From the NCBI RefSeq assembly GCF_964355755.1, contig NC_092671.1, positions 27,292,070 through 27,356,069 on the forward strand: a DNA stretch of 64,000 nucleotides, in the 5' to 3' direction. Position 1 is the first letter of the stretch. Each line of letters begins with the position of its first letter. Under the pieces are notes generated by a model. The model was not told the DNA's origin and ran no database searches. It saw nothing but the letters and a program-made list of their open reading frames with translations. The translations under genes and the position numbers were made by a program. The stretch is from Antedon mediterranea. Its lineage: Eukaryota > Animalia > Echinodermata. Shown here in pieces: positions 52,701 to 64,000 of the stretch.

Positions 52701-55700
52701 GTGTGTTTAGCTAAATCCCCGTTAGACTCTTCCATTTCCCGCATGTTGTTTTGTTTACTCTACTGACGCACGAGGGAAGTTTATTAAGGGTAAAATATGA
52801 AACTACATTAAATTGAAAGAGTCTAAAATGCATAACGCATACATTTTTGATTTCGATAAGATTAAGACGTCATTCATCGAAGATACTATGATGTTTCTTT
52901 TTAATCGGAAAAGTACACTCCTATCGAAAAATAGACAATCCCGGTAATTAGCCGACCGTCGACTATCGTAGTCGTTTGTGCAGCGCACAACACGTGATAG
53001 TTTGGGTAGACTTCATCATCCATGTGTCATGTAACGTCTGTCTCTCTGTGCAGTCTACCTCTGCTATCTCGATCATATTTAAATAACAAAGAGACGCCTG
53101 GTACAATGAAACAAATTGACAAAAAATGGAGCTTGAAGTAAACAACGTGATAACGAACAAAATAAATGCTTAGAGACAAATAAACCATTAGTTGGACTTT
53201 ATGCTTTCGCCAAAATGATTATTTGATTATCTATTTTACCATATGTCATCGCCAAAATGGCAAAAGTAGCTGTTTTATTTTTCGCTAATCTGGAAACGTT
53301 TTCGCCCATGGCGACTTGGCGATCGGCCAGTGCGAGCCAAGACTTCTTATTCTATTGGATTACAGTTTCTATTAATAGTAATAGGGATTTTGCAGGGAAT
53401 AAACAATAACAAATTATACAAAATTATGGAAATTTAGCTTTAGTAGCCAACGTTTCACCAACCAACCAACCAACCAACCAACCAACCAACCAAATGAAAA
53501 CTGTCAACCCGGAGAAAGTATCATAATTATTTTGATATCTATTTTTTATATAAACGATATAAATAAATATTTAACTATTTGGTCTTTTTTGTTGTAGGGG
53601 TTGAATAAACCATTTGTAATTTAAAGTATTTTTTTACTTTTACAGATTTGCCAATCTAGGCAACACATGTTACATGAATGCAATACTTCAATCTTTATTT
53701 AGTCTGCACACATTCGTAAATGATGTACTCAACACAGACATTTACCGAGAAGTGCCTAGGGGAAGTTTATACAAGTAAGTAAAAAGTGCATCGCCAAGTA
53801 ATCTTAATTTACACTCACACTACCAGATTTCTGTGGCCGTATTCACCAATCACATTTAATTGAGATATTTCCCTTAAATATTAAGTATTTCACTTTAATA
53901 ACTCAATAAATATTTAAATATTCACTTAGATAGGGGATTTTTTTAATTTTAAAGGTAAGTTTTTCCCTTAGCCTAAAGTGTGAATGGTTAATACGGCTAC
54001 TGCTTCCAAAAAAGTGGCTTTCTAGTTTCAAGTAGGAACACACCGGAATAGATTCTTCATTTAATTGGAGGATTGTGGGTCACATGATATTTAATAACTA
54101 CTCTGCTCCATTTAATTGGATTCTTGCGTCACAGTGATCATGTGATGATGTAACAGTTCAATTTTAAGACTAGTTATTGAATATCATGTGACAAATATAA
54201 AAACAATAATTATTTGTAAACTGAATTAAAAACTGATAGAAGACTCGCCAATTAAACCACATGTGGATGCTTGCATGAATTTACTAATACTGTTTTCCAG
54301 CCAATTGTACTTCATATTATACTTTACTTAGATTTTTTATTTTACTAGAGGGTGAGCTCGCTCCGCTTTCACTCGATTTTAAACAAAATGTCTTATCATC
54401 AGATCTCCCTATGTAATCCTAATACTTTTCCCCACAATATATTCCGATGCTTTATGGTGTATATTAAATTGGATCTTTATTAATTTGCAGTATAATTCTT
54501 ATTTTCCTTCACACGCCCGGTCCGATCCAAAAATAAACAAAAAACTAAAATGGCTATAGCCACTAACGGCCATACTTAGTTGAAACCAGGAAGTTGCAAG
54601 GTGAACATGTGAACTTATCGTGAACCCGGAAATTACTTCGACCCGCGTACAATTGAAATTGAATTGAAAATACTAGATGGTACGGTCGCTTCGCTCGCGT
54701 ACCATCTAGGTCGTGCCCACAGATGGTTCTCAAATACATAGTAATTTCAGCGTAAAAAAACTGGCGATTTCAAATGTACGTACTGCATGACTATAAAACA
54801 TTGTCGTTTACAGAAACAAATAAATAGACACAATGATTTATGTAGTCAACCAAATCAACCAAAATTAGCACCCTGGGAATTACTTCCAAAAGGTAAACTT
54901 GTCACAAAATGAGTCCAAATGTTTGATTTGGACTCATTTAAACAAACCCAATTTGTGTTTTGTATCTAACATTAGGGTTGAGGGTTGGGGATGAGGATAG
55001 ATACAAAGATGAACAATGTTTTAATATATTCTTTTTATTAAATTATTCTTTATATTTCTTTATTATCCACTAAGTAACGAAATATTTTTTTATAATAAGC
55101 CTATAAATAATATACCACTAAATAGAGTAAAACATTTAAAGAATTAATAACTGTTAAAATTGTCACTGTCATAGTCAATTTAAATAGTAAAGTACATGTA
55201 ACAAAACACCACTACGACGTTTATATTTTTTTGTAATTATTAATTAATACAAACGTTGAGAAGCAACTGTCCGTAATAAAGTATTATATTATTATGTGTT
55301 TATAATCTAAAATTAGGGGATACCCACACTCACAGTAATAAAGTTTATTTGTATATTTGTTTATATTATATCTAACAGTACCAACACACACAATAAGAAA
55401 TTTGCGATTCAAATGGCGATCAAAAGTGGTTAATACCTATTTACAGTATTGTATAGCATTGCAATACCAGGGCATCACGTATGCAAAACCCAGGAGAGCA
55501 ACAAATCGCTCTCCTCAAATCACCGAGGAGAGCAATTCGCTCTCCTTGCAAAAATTTTAAATCGCTCTCCTCAAATGTTTATGTAAATATGTAAAAAAAT
55601 TACAATGTTTGAATTTGACCACAAAAGTAAAATTCTATTGGTTTTGCTACCAAAAAAAAATTATTAGCGCACACTGCCGCTATAATCTATTATATTATAA

Positions 55701-58700
55701 TCTATAAATCTTTTATTAATAAATACAGGGCTGAAAATTAACCTTTAAACCATAGTGGCCAGCAGGGCCAGTTGAAGTTGAAGGATGGTCGCCCTTATTA
55801 AAAATGGCTGGCCCTTATTAATTTTGTGTACATTTTTTTTTTGCCCAAGGGAATTTATCCCCACCCCTCCCAATTAATTATATCATTTATTACTTTTGAT
55901 AATTAAATTACTCTCCCCAAAATTCCTCCCTCCCCCACTCCACTCCCCTCCCACACCCACATTCACACACAATATTTTCCGTGGGGATCGTCATTGAAAA
56001 AAATCAATCCAATTTTTTGTATGGTCTAGATTGGGTTTCAGGAGCCTGCCTGGAGAATCCTGACCAACATGTCTTTAGCCTAGGCCTAGCTTTTCTAGCC
56101 TAGCTTGTTGGCCTACAACCTGTATTTCATAAATTATACAATTCTAACATGCAATAGCCATTAAAATATTGATAATAAGTTACAAAGTATCATTTTAAAA
56201 TAATTAAGAAAGATATTTAATCGTGTTTACATGTGTCACACATGCACGCACAATTTGGGGAGAGCTACCTTCCTTCTAGAAGATGATGACGTCACACATC
56301 AGCACGTGTTTTGAGGAGGATTTGAGTGACCAAAATTGGTTGGAACTTTTGAAGAAATAATCCATCAATGACTAATGACATAATTAAAGCAACTAAGTTT
56401 TTAAATAATAAACATTATATTTAGGCCTCCTATTAATGTTTCCTTTTAAAATTAAATATATTTTATAAACTCGTTCCATAAAAACATGCAGTAAGCATAA
56501 AAGGAACAATTATTGGTTGCTGTAAAGGAGGTATTTCTATGACACCGTACTGGATGCACTATGAGGCGATGAAGTAAACTCGTCCTTGAATGCAGGCAGG
56601 GGAATCCACTTGTTTGGTACCTAACCTCGCACTGTGAGATGGAGCGTGATTAATTGCTCTCCTTGAAGGTTGTTGATCGCGCTTGCGATCCTTAAAAAAA
56701 CGAGGGACTGCTTGTAGCTTTTCCATCATATCGGGAGATTACACACGTCACGTGTATACAAAAGTTGTACGTCCGGTCGGCCTTGTGTTTTATTAGTAGA
56801 CTAGATAGCTAGCTAGCTAGACTCTGTTGTTGTTTACTTTGCTTCGTCGTCGTCGAGTATCACTCCGCCGCCTTCTCGAGCTTTTATAATTTATGATTAT
56901 CGATTGTCTAGGCCTGTCATTGTAAGCGTTTTTCACATTTTTAACTTTTAAAAATCCACGTGTTTTTAGGCCTCTTGACAGAAAAATCAACACTGTCAAA
57001 AGCTAGGCTCTATTTTGAAAATTAAGGAGCGCGATAAATTGCTCTCCTCGAAGCCTGTTGAGGAGCGCGGAGGAGCGCGGTCGCGCAGGCGCTCCTTATA
57101 AATGATGCCCTGCAATACTATTTATGTTTATTCTCTAAGGGCCCATAAATTTACCTACTTGTGTTAAACCATGGAGGTATGCAAGCATGGTTAAACCAAA
57201 TATTTTGGAATGTTCCATTCATTGCAAATCAATACATTTGTATAAACGTATATTAAATCTATCAAAATAGTATTTTTTAAATAAAATCGGCCTGTCTTCA
57301 ACATTATGATACTGTACTCGAGCTGTTCAACCAGTTTTCAGCCATTAAAAACAATTATCGTAGGAGGAGATAGGAAAATGCGAATCATCCTCGTATTATT
57401 TTATGCGGGTTTTTTTCAAGATGGACATGCATTAGACTGTATACCACGATCAGAAAACACCCCTATTTGGGGCAAATCGTTGAACCTAAATTTGTTTTAA
57501 TTGTCAATAACTAATTATCGAACTCAATTTAATTAGTAAACAGGGTTACATCAGATGGTTAAAATCAGTATCGAAAGTACGAACCAACTTTATATACTAT
57601 AGAGTAAAAATTCTAGAAATAACGCGCGATTTACCGAATTTTGCTCTTATGTAAATTTATATATAGATACTGATGAAATCAAAAATGTTGTTTAAAAAAT
57701 AAAAACCAATTTATAATATCTTCCTAAGGTAGAAATATGGAACAATAGCGTAGTACTGAAAACTAATGTTATCAAATCTACGTTTCGCGGTACATCTAAG
57801 ATAGATAAGGTATCCAAGGCAGAGATTTATACGAAGTTTTTCCATTGTGCTCGCCTATGTCAGAATTAACCATAATTTATAATAGATATAAGGAGTAGCT
57901 GATTCACTGAGTTTACAGCAATGTATTTTGCTTAAGCTGCCCCTGCATAGCATATTTCATCTCTTGCTGTATTGTATGTTATGATATATATATTTTAAAG
58001 ATGTATTGTCCCTTGAAACACAAAAAATGAATGAAATATTCTAAATTTAAATTGGCCATATCAAAGTAATATTAAAGTTATTAAAAAAAAAAATTCAAAA
58101 ATTTGAGCCAAAAACAACAATTTAACGTAATTAACAGGTAAATTAGTTTGATTACATTTCATCTGGAAATTGTCGCGAGCAAAAGTAAACAAAGATTTCA
58201 AACCACGAGTACGCATTATGCATGATGCTAATTAGGATTGTTTACAACTCGTCACGGTTGAGAAGGTGTTTTCACACAGATCGTGAGGAAGTTTTATGAT
58301 TATGCATACAGATTAGCCAAACAAGTACGTTGCATTATGAGATGTTTTGATCAAAAACTTTGACTGGAAGTCAAAGTTATTTTTTGAACAAAAAAACCTC
58401 TGTATTTCAGTTAAACAATTTTTTTTTCGACTAATTTTTTGTGAAAGTTTATAACTATTATGATACTTCAAAATGACCTACTTTTTTTCGAAATCTTTTT
58501 AAAAAAAATTTTTGGGGAATTAGTTAAAGGGACAATACATCTTTAACTTTACCTGAGTTATTTATTATATAACAGTATTATTTATAAATTATTTTCTACA
58601 TTTTAGGGCAGTTTGTCAATTGTTAAATGCCAAAGGTAAAAATAGAGGAAATGAAGAAATTCAGCAGAAATTATTAGCTCTTAAAGGTGCTATTTCAAGT

Positions 58701-61700
58701 ACTGCTACTCGGTTCTCAGGAAACCTGCAGCATGTAAGTCAAAACATTGGCCAACCACCACAACATGCTAGCCCTCCTAACTTGCAGAGTAGGCTACAGA
58801 CATTGTCATCTGAAACACCATCACACACCTAATTAACGCACTTAAATTCAGTCAACTTCTACACACCAAGATACAAACAGAATGTTTTGAAGAGTGCAAT
58901 TTGTAGCACACCTACAAACAAACTCACATTTCCACTCCATTTTAATCAAGATGATTTTAATAGCTACTTAGGGCAAAATTACAATATAACCCGCTGAATA
59001 GAATTCGATCCAACTCGGCCAAAAAGTAATCGGCCCCAATAAAGTATGGAACGCAAAAACCGAAGCGAATTGATAAAAGAATTTTAAATAGATTATTTTT
59101 TATAAACATTTTTATTTTACTGTTGTCTACAGTAATAATATCTAACTAGTATATCTAAGAATATTTTGATTCATTCATCCTTGTAATGTATCAAAATATA
59201 TAGCCTAGGCCTAACTAACAACTATTAATATAGATAAATACTACTTATCAATTAAAAGAAAAACGACAGAGTATGTTATAATTTATATTGAATTTTCCGT
59301 TTTATTTGTCTATAGCTAGGCCTATGTGTAGGCCTAACCTTAACTAATCCTGCCATTTATTATAGGCCTGATGCGTTCAATACTTTAATGTGGCCGAGTT
59401 GACTGAATAGTATTTAGCCATTGGACGTGAGGCCGAGTTTGTTTGAGGCCGTGATGATGTGAGGCCGAGTTGACTTGGGGCCAAGTTGACTTTGGGCCGA
59501 CTTGGCGTGGGGCCGAGTTGACTTTGGGCCAACTTGGCGTGGGGCCAACTTGACTTTGGCCGAGACGGTTTAGGGCCAAGTTGGATCGAATTATATTCAG
59601 CGGGTAAAAAAAAATTGTAATTATTGTAGTTCAATTTGGATTTTGTATAGGATGCACATGAATTTCTCGAACAATGTCTAGATCAGCTGAAAGAGGATGT
59701 GTTAAAATTGAACCAAAATTCTGCATCCTTAAAAGACGTTGAGAACACAAGACTTCTGGGACAAGATGAGCTTGATGAACAGAACACGCCCTACCCTTGT
59801 GCAATATCACAAAATTTTCAGTTTACAGTCCTCCACTCAATACAGTGCAACAAATGTAAGGATGTCATTACCAAGACTGAAACATACAATGATATTTCCC
59901 TAGACGTACCAAGACCAAGAAAGTAAGTTAATGTTATACGGGCGGCCAATATGACCCAAATTAAATTGATAGCCTCATTTCAGGGTACAATATATTGAGA
60001 ATTTTTCGTCGGTTTTTGCTGAAAAATAAAAAAATTAAACTGGTTTTAGTTATACTAAAGACCACATTGCAGCATGTTTTTTGCTCAAAATAAAACCATT
60101 TTTCGTTATCAGTTGTCTGTAGTTGGTTGTGTAATGACATTATTATCTATAGAGATAACGTTTGTACCAGTCAATTCTGAAATAATGTCAAATTGAGACC
60201 ACAATTGTGTTGCAGCTAAAAATTACTCCACAGAAACCATTCTTTAGAATTGAGACCTAAAAAAATTGGTTTTTTAAAACCCAATTTTTATTAGTAGGGC
60301 CATTTCTAGTGCCACAGAAAAAGCTGGTTTTCAAAAAACTATTTCAAAAGACTGTTTCCGTGCCAGCAGAAAGAGGGAGGTCCCTAGTGGTCAACATGTC
60401 AGGTATTTTACTCTGTAAACAAAGTGGAAGGTTATCACCATCATTTGGGACAATTCCCACTATTATAATATGTCCATGATTTTTTCATGTTAGAAATTGT
60501 TTTAAATTATTTTTTATTAGCTATATTCCATTCATCAATTTCAGAAATTCCAATTTAAGAATCTCAATACAAACTGCTTTAGACCAGTTTTTCCAACCAG
60601 AGTCATTAGAATATGCTTGTGAATGTGGCTGCAAAGAGGCTACCGTTACGCATTCTCTTTCCAAACTTCCAAGGTATGTAAAATTGTTTTCTGATGTTGC
60701 CATAGCGCCTAATGTTGCGAAATCTCTAAGCGCAGTACATATTAATGCGCCGGTCATTTTTGGATCAAACACATACAGAAACATACTCCCATAATGCAGC
60801 GAGTAATCGGCACAAAGTTATGTCTTGACCTTACCACCTGGATGGAGAAAGACAAAATGTAAGTAAAGTGCCTTGCTAAAAGATACAAACAATGCAACAA
60901 AACCCACAATCAATAATCCAACATACTGCGCCACACATCCTTAAATAATTGAACCTCAAAAACATGAAAAATGAAGGATAATAAAATCAGACTATGAATG
61001 TAGGCTATTTTGCAGTTTTAATAAAGTTATTCACTTCTGTGGAAAAAAAATAATGATTTCATTTCTAAATAGAAAAAATAAACAGTTAATTTTAAACGAA
61101 AACCCAGTCTGGTGTACTTTTTGTTGTTGAACAAAACACTTTTTTTTTCAAGGAGACAATATATCTTTAAATGAGAAGATACTGTAAAGCCCAAAATAGT
61201 GGGTTACGCACATATTTAATAAGCTCTTAGATAATGAACACCCCCATAATTAATGTACTTTACCAAATTATTGTTGTTTCTACAAAATAACAAACAGACG
61301 CGATGCCGGCCGGATGAATCTCTATGGTGGTGGAGAGAATGGCGATGGTATTTTTGTTGTTTGCTACACACCACAAGCTAGGCTTACGCACATAGAATAA
61401 TTACTTTATGGACACATTACAACTTATATGATTTAATGGAAAACGGATTCGTCAAGCAAGTTCACTATACATTTCATAAAAAATTACCTATGAAATGTCA
61501 AAAGCTTTTTTATTCCAATTCGAACATTATTTTAGTGATCAATCCCCCCACGGCGCCACGCCTGTTGATCGCTGTGAGGAGGAATTTCATCATTGTTTTG
61601 AGCGAGGCAGCGCAGGTTGAGTAGGGCCTAGCTAGCATTTTCGGTCAGTTGCAATTTATTTTAATGGTTAATTATACCTGAACAAACAATATAAACAATA

Positions 61701-63428
61701 ATCGGTGTTTGTAAATGTTTCAAAGAATGCACAAGTTTATCGTAACTATTTTATTTTCATTTTTCCCATATTTAGGTTAGGCCTGGCTAACTAAGCCTAG
61801 GCCTGATCAACTGTAAACAACATCGTTGGGAATTTCGCAAAATGTTTGGCTTTACAGTATACACGATTTTTTGCTGGATCATTATAAAAAAGAATGATTT
61901 AAAAAAATGTTTCGATTCTTTTTAGGGTTATGATTCTTCAATTGAAGCGTTACAGCTATGTGAACTCCGCCCAAAAACTATGCCGAACTATAGACATTCC
62001 AGCCTATGTGTCACTAGCTCGGCATTGCACCAGTGAAAGCAAGTTGGCATATCCATCCGTCCAAAGTCTATCTAAAAATGTTGCTGGGTAAGTATAACCT
62101 CCCAACTTGGAAAAATTAAATATCAGAGATATGTCCAAACTATAGAGGGTTCTATATATTTGGGAAATAACCCAACCATAGAGGGTGCTATTATTTTACA
62201 TAAATTGATTATAAACATCTTGCAGACCAATTAGTATGATTTCTGTTATCTTTTCTTTATCAAGAGTAGTAGAATTTATAAATGTATACAGATATTGGGG
62301 TATTTTGTTTTGGGAGAGCTACCGTTATCAGGAGACCTTGTACTATGACATTTCACTTCATTTTGTTTTAATTTGCCGTTCATACACCGATCGATACCTT
62401 CCACACAATATCTCAAACATGTTCTACAAGGTCATCACTTTAATCCACAGAAAAAACAGAATAGTATCACTTTGCAGATTTATTTATTTATTTATATTAT
62501 TAACTGAAGCAACATTGCATTTCATAAACGTGTGAAAATGAACAATCCCATAACAAAAAGTCTTAGTAGATATAGCTCTATATCTATTAGCCTTATAAGT
62601 TATCGCCTTAATAGATATAGCTCTATTACCTATTAAGGTACCTACTAATAAGTAGATTTTAGGCAGATTTTAGATAGGTCCTAATAGGTTTTACCTCATT
62701 AGCATATTTCAAAATCCCCACTAATAGTATTAGATAGATTTTTCACTTTTTTTAATCTGCGAGTAACACAGTTGTATATATCTATCTATTGTCTACTTAC
62801 AATAGCTATACCAAGGGCTACCAGCAACCTATTAATAGACATAAACAAACTGATAATAGCCAGTAACTGTTAATAAACTATCTATTTTATACAATAGATA
62901 GATATGGACTACCAGATAGCTATTAGAAATCTATGATTATCATATCTATCAACTGTCTACTTATAATAGCTATACTAAGGCTACCAATAGACTGTTAACA
63001 AATAATTAATAGCCAGTAACTATTAATCAACTATCTATTTTATATAGCTGGGAAGTAGTCATTCCATCGTTCACTCATTGAGTTAAAATCCTTAGTAGGC
63101 GAGATAAAAAGGTCTACTTAAAAACTATTAGGGCTACTAAAAATAGAGCTATTTCTACTTACGACTACTTTTTTGCTATGGGATGGTAATTGGCCTTATA
63201 ATACATAAAGGCATCATGTCTCCAGTACTAAAGCCACTTAAAATGGCAAACTTGTTTTTTATTTATAACAAGTCTTCTTAAGTTTCTTTTTGTTCAATAT
63301 CTATATTTCTACTTAATATAATTTTGATTTTATTTTTTCATTAGTAGGAAACCAGAAATGATGAGTCCAGGGCCTGCAGAATGTTCAGATAACCTACCTC
63401 GAAAAAGATTAAGTTATGAAACCAATGG
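31564..63428 (+). CDS. USP37: Ubiquitin carboxyl-terminal hydrolase 37-like (USP37/26/29 family); 13 coding exons in window, 3' end outside
   Basis: join(31564-31737,33184-33337,34318-34406,40458-40630,46176-46246,46569-46845,47094-47222,53646-53774,58607-58733,59651-59922,60545-60673,61926-62087,63345-63428). All introns are GT-AG, phases match and the frame stays open. PH-like N-terminus and USP catalytic motifs closely resemble USP37. Confidence 0.92.
33184..33337 (+). CDS. USP37: USP37 coding exon 2 (PH-like domain)
   Basis: tttcacag|LQRSAMGSLTLSGPNLLIDLKG..IKMFLQNFNN|gtaaat; phase 0 to 1. Confidence 0.8.
34318..34406 (+). CDS. USP37: USP37 coding exon 3
   Basis: tctttag|GKLKTRKNRPDVSFHLSPTGHLIQADNNYK|gtaatg; phase 1 to 0. 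Confidence 0.72.
34628..36258. mobile_element. PIF/Harbinger-like non-autonomous element, 3-bp TTA TSD
   Basis: TTA|TACCCCTTTTACACTATC ... GATAGTGTAAAAAGGGTA|TTA. Confidence 0.7.
35464..36058. mobile_element. Kolobok-like element nested in the Harbinger-like element; inverted partial copy at ~45720-46139
   Basis: TTAA|AGGCCAGGTGCGGGCA ... TGCCTGTACCTGAGCT|TTAA; TGCCCGCACCTGGCCT|TTAA at ~46124-46143. Confidence 0.65.
36301..38855. mobile_element. 2.55-kb Kolobok-like element
   Basis: TTAA|AGATGTATTGTCCCCC ... GGGGGACAATACGTCT|TTAA, with imperfect inverted similarity extending ~230 bp inward. Confidence 0.8.
38968..40246. mobile_element. hAT-like non-autonomous element, 6-bp TSD
   Basis: CAGGGGTCCCAA ... 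TTGGGACCTCTG; CAGTAA on both flanks (38962-38967, 40247-40252); subterminal CTACCGC repeats. Confidence 0.75.
40458..40630 (+). CDS. USP37: USP37 coding exon 4 (contains KEN box)
   Basis: cattag|TPNKELKLSPGTPIGRL..ELNKENVHHS|gtaagc; phase 0 to 2 exactly bridges exons 3 and 5. Confidence 0.75.
41203..44718 (+). pseudogene. Decayed intron-containing gene resembling the P-element/THAP9 transposase C-terminal region, nested in USP37 intron 4
   Basis: Acidic candidate first exon (MATNTLLDDEF.. ending G|GTAAAT). Main exon ~42646-44718 with stops and frameshifts: AFHQY..RW.. / EEQVV*YVAGYIPYALLKKL / FLDYTQLWIAKQTRGRLFNINDDVYLFFRAIE..LIIKLWLKI. Linking the first exon to the main exon is inference. 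Confidence 0.55.
43122..44310 (+). repeat. Tandem array, 29 x 41 bp, with a single variable position
   Basis: Unit AGTTTGATATGTGGCTGGATAC[A/G]TACCTTATGCACTACTTA; 1189 bp = 29 units; no spacers. Confidence 0.97.
46176..46246 (+). CDS. USP37: USP37 coding exon 5
   Basis: tttcaag|VYHRRIESGSSLFTRAREEMKSK|gtaagt; phase 2 to 1. Confidence 0.72.
46569..46845 (+). CDS. USP37: USP37 coding exon 6 (Ser/Lys-rich linker with SP/TP sites)
   Basis: ttttgtag|..PAYTKSPSLAKSKLYGK..QTSFLE|gtaagt; phase 1 to 2. Confidence 0.8.
47094..47222 (+). CDS. USP37: USP37 coding exon 7
   Basis: taacag|SVPRKPHPLKCPVKKSRLSDFF..QPKLKG|gtaaga; phase 2 to 2, leading into the Cys box. Confidence 0.82.
47630..51588 (-). mobile_element. 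Composite non-autonomous Helitron with internal duplications
   Basis: Minus strand A|TCTATATATAAATTTACG (51588) ... hairpin CTAGATGG..CCATCTAG|T (47630); no TSD; duplicated modules at ~48830-49157 and ~51060-51314. Confidence 0.8.
49422..50855 (-). mobile_element. Same-family Helitron nested in the 47630-51588 Helitron
   Basis: TC and CTAG ends; removing it restores ATTAATTAATACAAACGTTGAG as seen in the copies at ~24086 and ~55239. Confidence 0.85.
51611..51950 (-). mobile_element. Possible LTR fragment
   Basis: Minus strand has TATATAAGGGG, ATTAAA and a ..GTTCGTGACA end; no matching other end or TSD found. Confidence 0.3.
53459..53493 (+). repeat. (CAAC)n microsatellite
   Basis: About 8 tandem copies. 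Confidence 0.9.
53646..53774 (+). CDS. USP37: USP37 coding exon 8 (catalytic Cys box)
   Basis: (G)FANLGNTCYMNAILQSLFSLHTFVNDVL; catalytic Cys codon at 53668-53670; tttacag and gtaagt splice sites. Confidence 0.96.
54673..57667 (-). mobile_element. Full-length non-autonomous Helitron carrying a hAT-like insertion
   Basis: A|TC 5' end at 57667; CTAGATGGTAC..GTACCATCTAG hairpin and CTAG|T 3' end at 54673. Confidence 0.85.
55468..57112. mobile_element. hAT-like element, 10-bp TIR, 6-bp TSD
   Basis: CAATAC|CAGGGCATCA ... TGATGCCCTG|CAATAC; the empty site with a single CAATAC is visible in the paralogous Helitron at ~24297. Confidence 0.85.
57999..58542. mobile_element. Kolobok-like MITE
   Basis: TTAA|AGATGTATTGTCCCTT ... 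AAGGGACAATACATCT|TTAA; a right-end copy lies at ~31020-31146. Confidence 0.8.
58607..58733 (+). CDS. USP37: USP37 coding exon 9
   Basis: AVCQLLNAKGK..LKGAISSTATRFSGNLQH|gtaagt resembles human KNAISATAERFSGYMQN. Confidence 0.93.
58989..59605. mobile_element. TIR MITE with a one-sided subterminal GGCCRAGTTG array
   Basis: ACCCGCTGAATA(G/T)AATTCGATCCAACT inverted at both ends; ~17-bp units at 59392-59585. Confidence 0.7.
59651..59922 (+). CDS. USP37: USP37 coding exon 10
   Basis: DAHEFLEQCLDQLKED..CAISQNFQFTVLHSIQCNKC..YNDISLDVPRPR|gtaagt. Confidence 0.95.
60545..60673 (+). CDS. USP37: USP37 coding exon 11 (alternative in-frame acceptor gives start 60521)
   Basis: SIQTALDQFFQPESLEYACECGCKEATVTHSLSKLPR|gtatgt. 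Confidence 0.9.
61926..62087 (+). CDS. USP37: USP37 coding exon 12
   Basis: VMILQLKRYSYVNSAQKLCRTIDIPAYVSLARHCT..|gtaagt contains the USP LxxxLKR motif. Confidence 0.92.
62547..63182. mobile_element. AT-rich TIR element with CCC..GGG termini and 2-bp AT flanks (CMC/EnSpm-like)
   Basis: AT|CCCATAACAAAAAG ... TTTTTTGCTATGGG|AT. Confidence 0.45.
63345..63428 (+). CDS. USP37: USP37 coding exon 13 (catalytic-domain insertion)
   Basis: tttttcattag|RKPEMMSPGPAECSDNLPRKRLSYETNG|gtaaag; phase 2 to 2. Supported by splice signals and phase only. Confidence 0.65.
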
Positions 63429-64000
63429 GTAAAGTTTTCATGATAGTAGTTCTTAGGGTATAAATACATAAATATGATACCGGTCAAAGGAATGGAAATG
63501 TGTTTGTCATACCTTTCTAGCCTTATATTTATTTTACATATTATTGTTTATACTTTAATTGCATCTTATATCTTCTTCCTGTCTGCTTTGTTATATGTAG
63601 TTTATGTAAAATTGCTAGGGAATGTCTAAAAAATCATAATTATTGTAGTAGCAATTGAATTCCAAAAATTCTTTACATTCATTTCAAAGAAGCTGTCCTC
63701 TTTAGTTTGTGAATATAATCTTGAACAGAAGCCCTTCTCGAAAAGAAGCTTATATAGAGTCCTAAAAAAGATTTCCATGGACTTCTTTTCAAGGGTTTAC
63801 AGTATATAATTTAATCTTTATTATTCATTGCTGGTTTAATAAAGTGACAAGAAACTAACTGGATTGATCTGTGAGCCACAAACCAGTTCAGAAAGAATAG
63901 GCAAAGACAAAGAAACAGTTAAAAGTGTAAAGCTTGGTTGAGATATCAACATCTCTCTGCTAACAATGTGCTATGTATTTCCATAGTTATTTTTTTCTCT

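Noticed and set aside
59377-59634. Pro/Ser-rich minus-strand ORFs
   Set aside because: They derive from the subterminal repeat array of an intronic MITE.
63706-63800. Possible next USP37 exon after ctctttag
   Set aside because: The required phase gives an immediate TGA and there is no good donor; the His-box and UIM exons probably lie beyond the window.

Overview
AT-rich, repeat-dense eukaryotic genomic DNA, probably from an invertebrate animal; it is not prokaryotic, and most ORF-track entries are noise. The main feature is a + strand multi-exon USP37-like deubiquitinase gene. I assembled 13 phase-consistent GT-AG coding exons (31564-63428) covering the N-terminal PH-like domain, a KEN box, the Cys box GFANLGNTCYMNAILQSLFSL, QHDAHEFL and the zinc-finger cysteines; the gene continues past the window end. 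A candidate E2F-type promoter lies at ~25.6 kb. The window also holds a disabled, isolated ULK4 first-coding exon (- strand), two CR1/L2-type LINE fragments and a tRNA-derived SINE-like head. In USP37 intron 4 there is a decayed P-element-transposase-C-terminal-like gene interrupted by a near-perfect 29 x 41-bp array with one two-state position. Many non-autonomous DNA transposons are present: Helitrons (one nested in another), Kolobok-like TTAA elements, hAT-like elements with 5/6-bp TSDs, MULE-like elements with 9-bp TSDs, Harbinger-like and mariner/pogo-like elements. Comparing paralogous repeat copies suggests that the abundant TAGGCCTA/TACAGTA words are transposon excision footprints.
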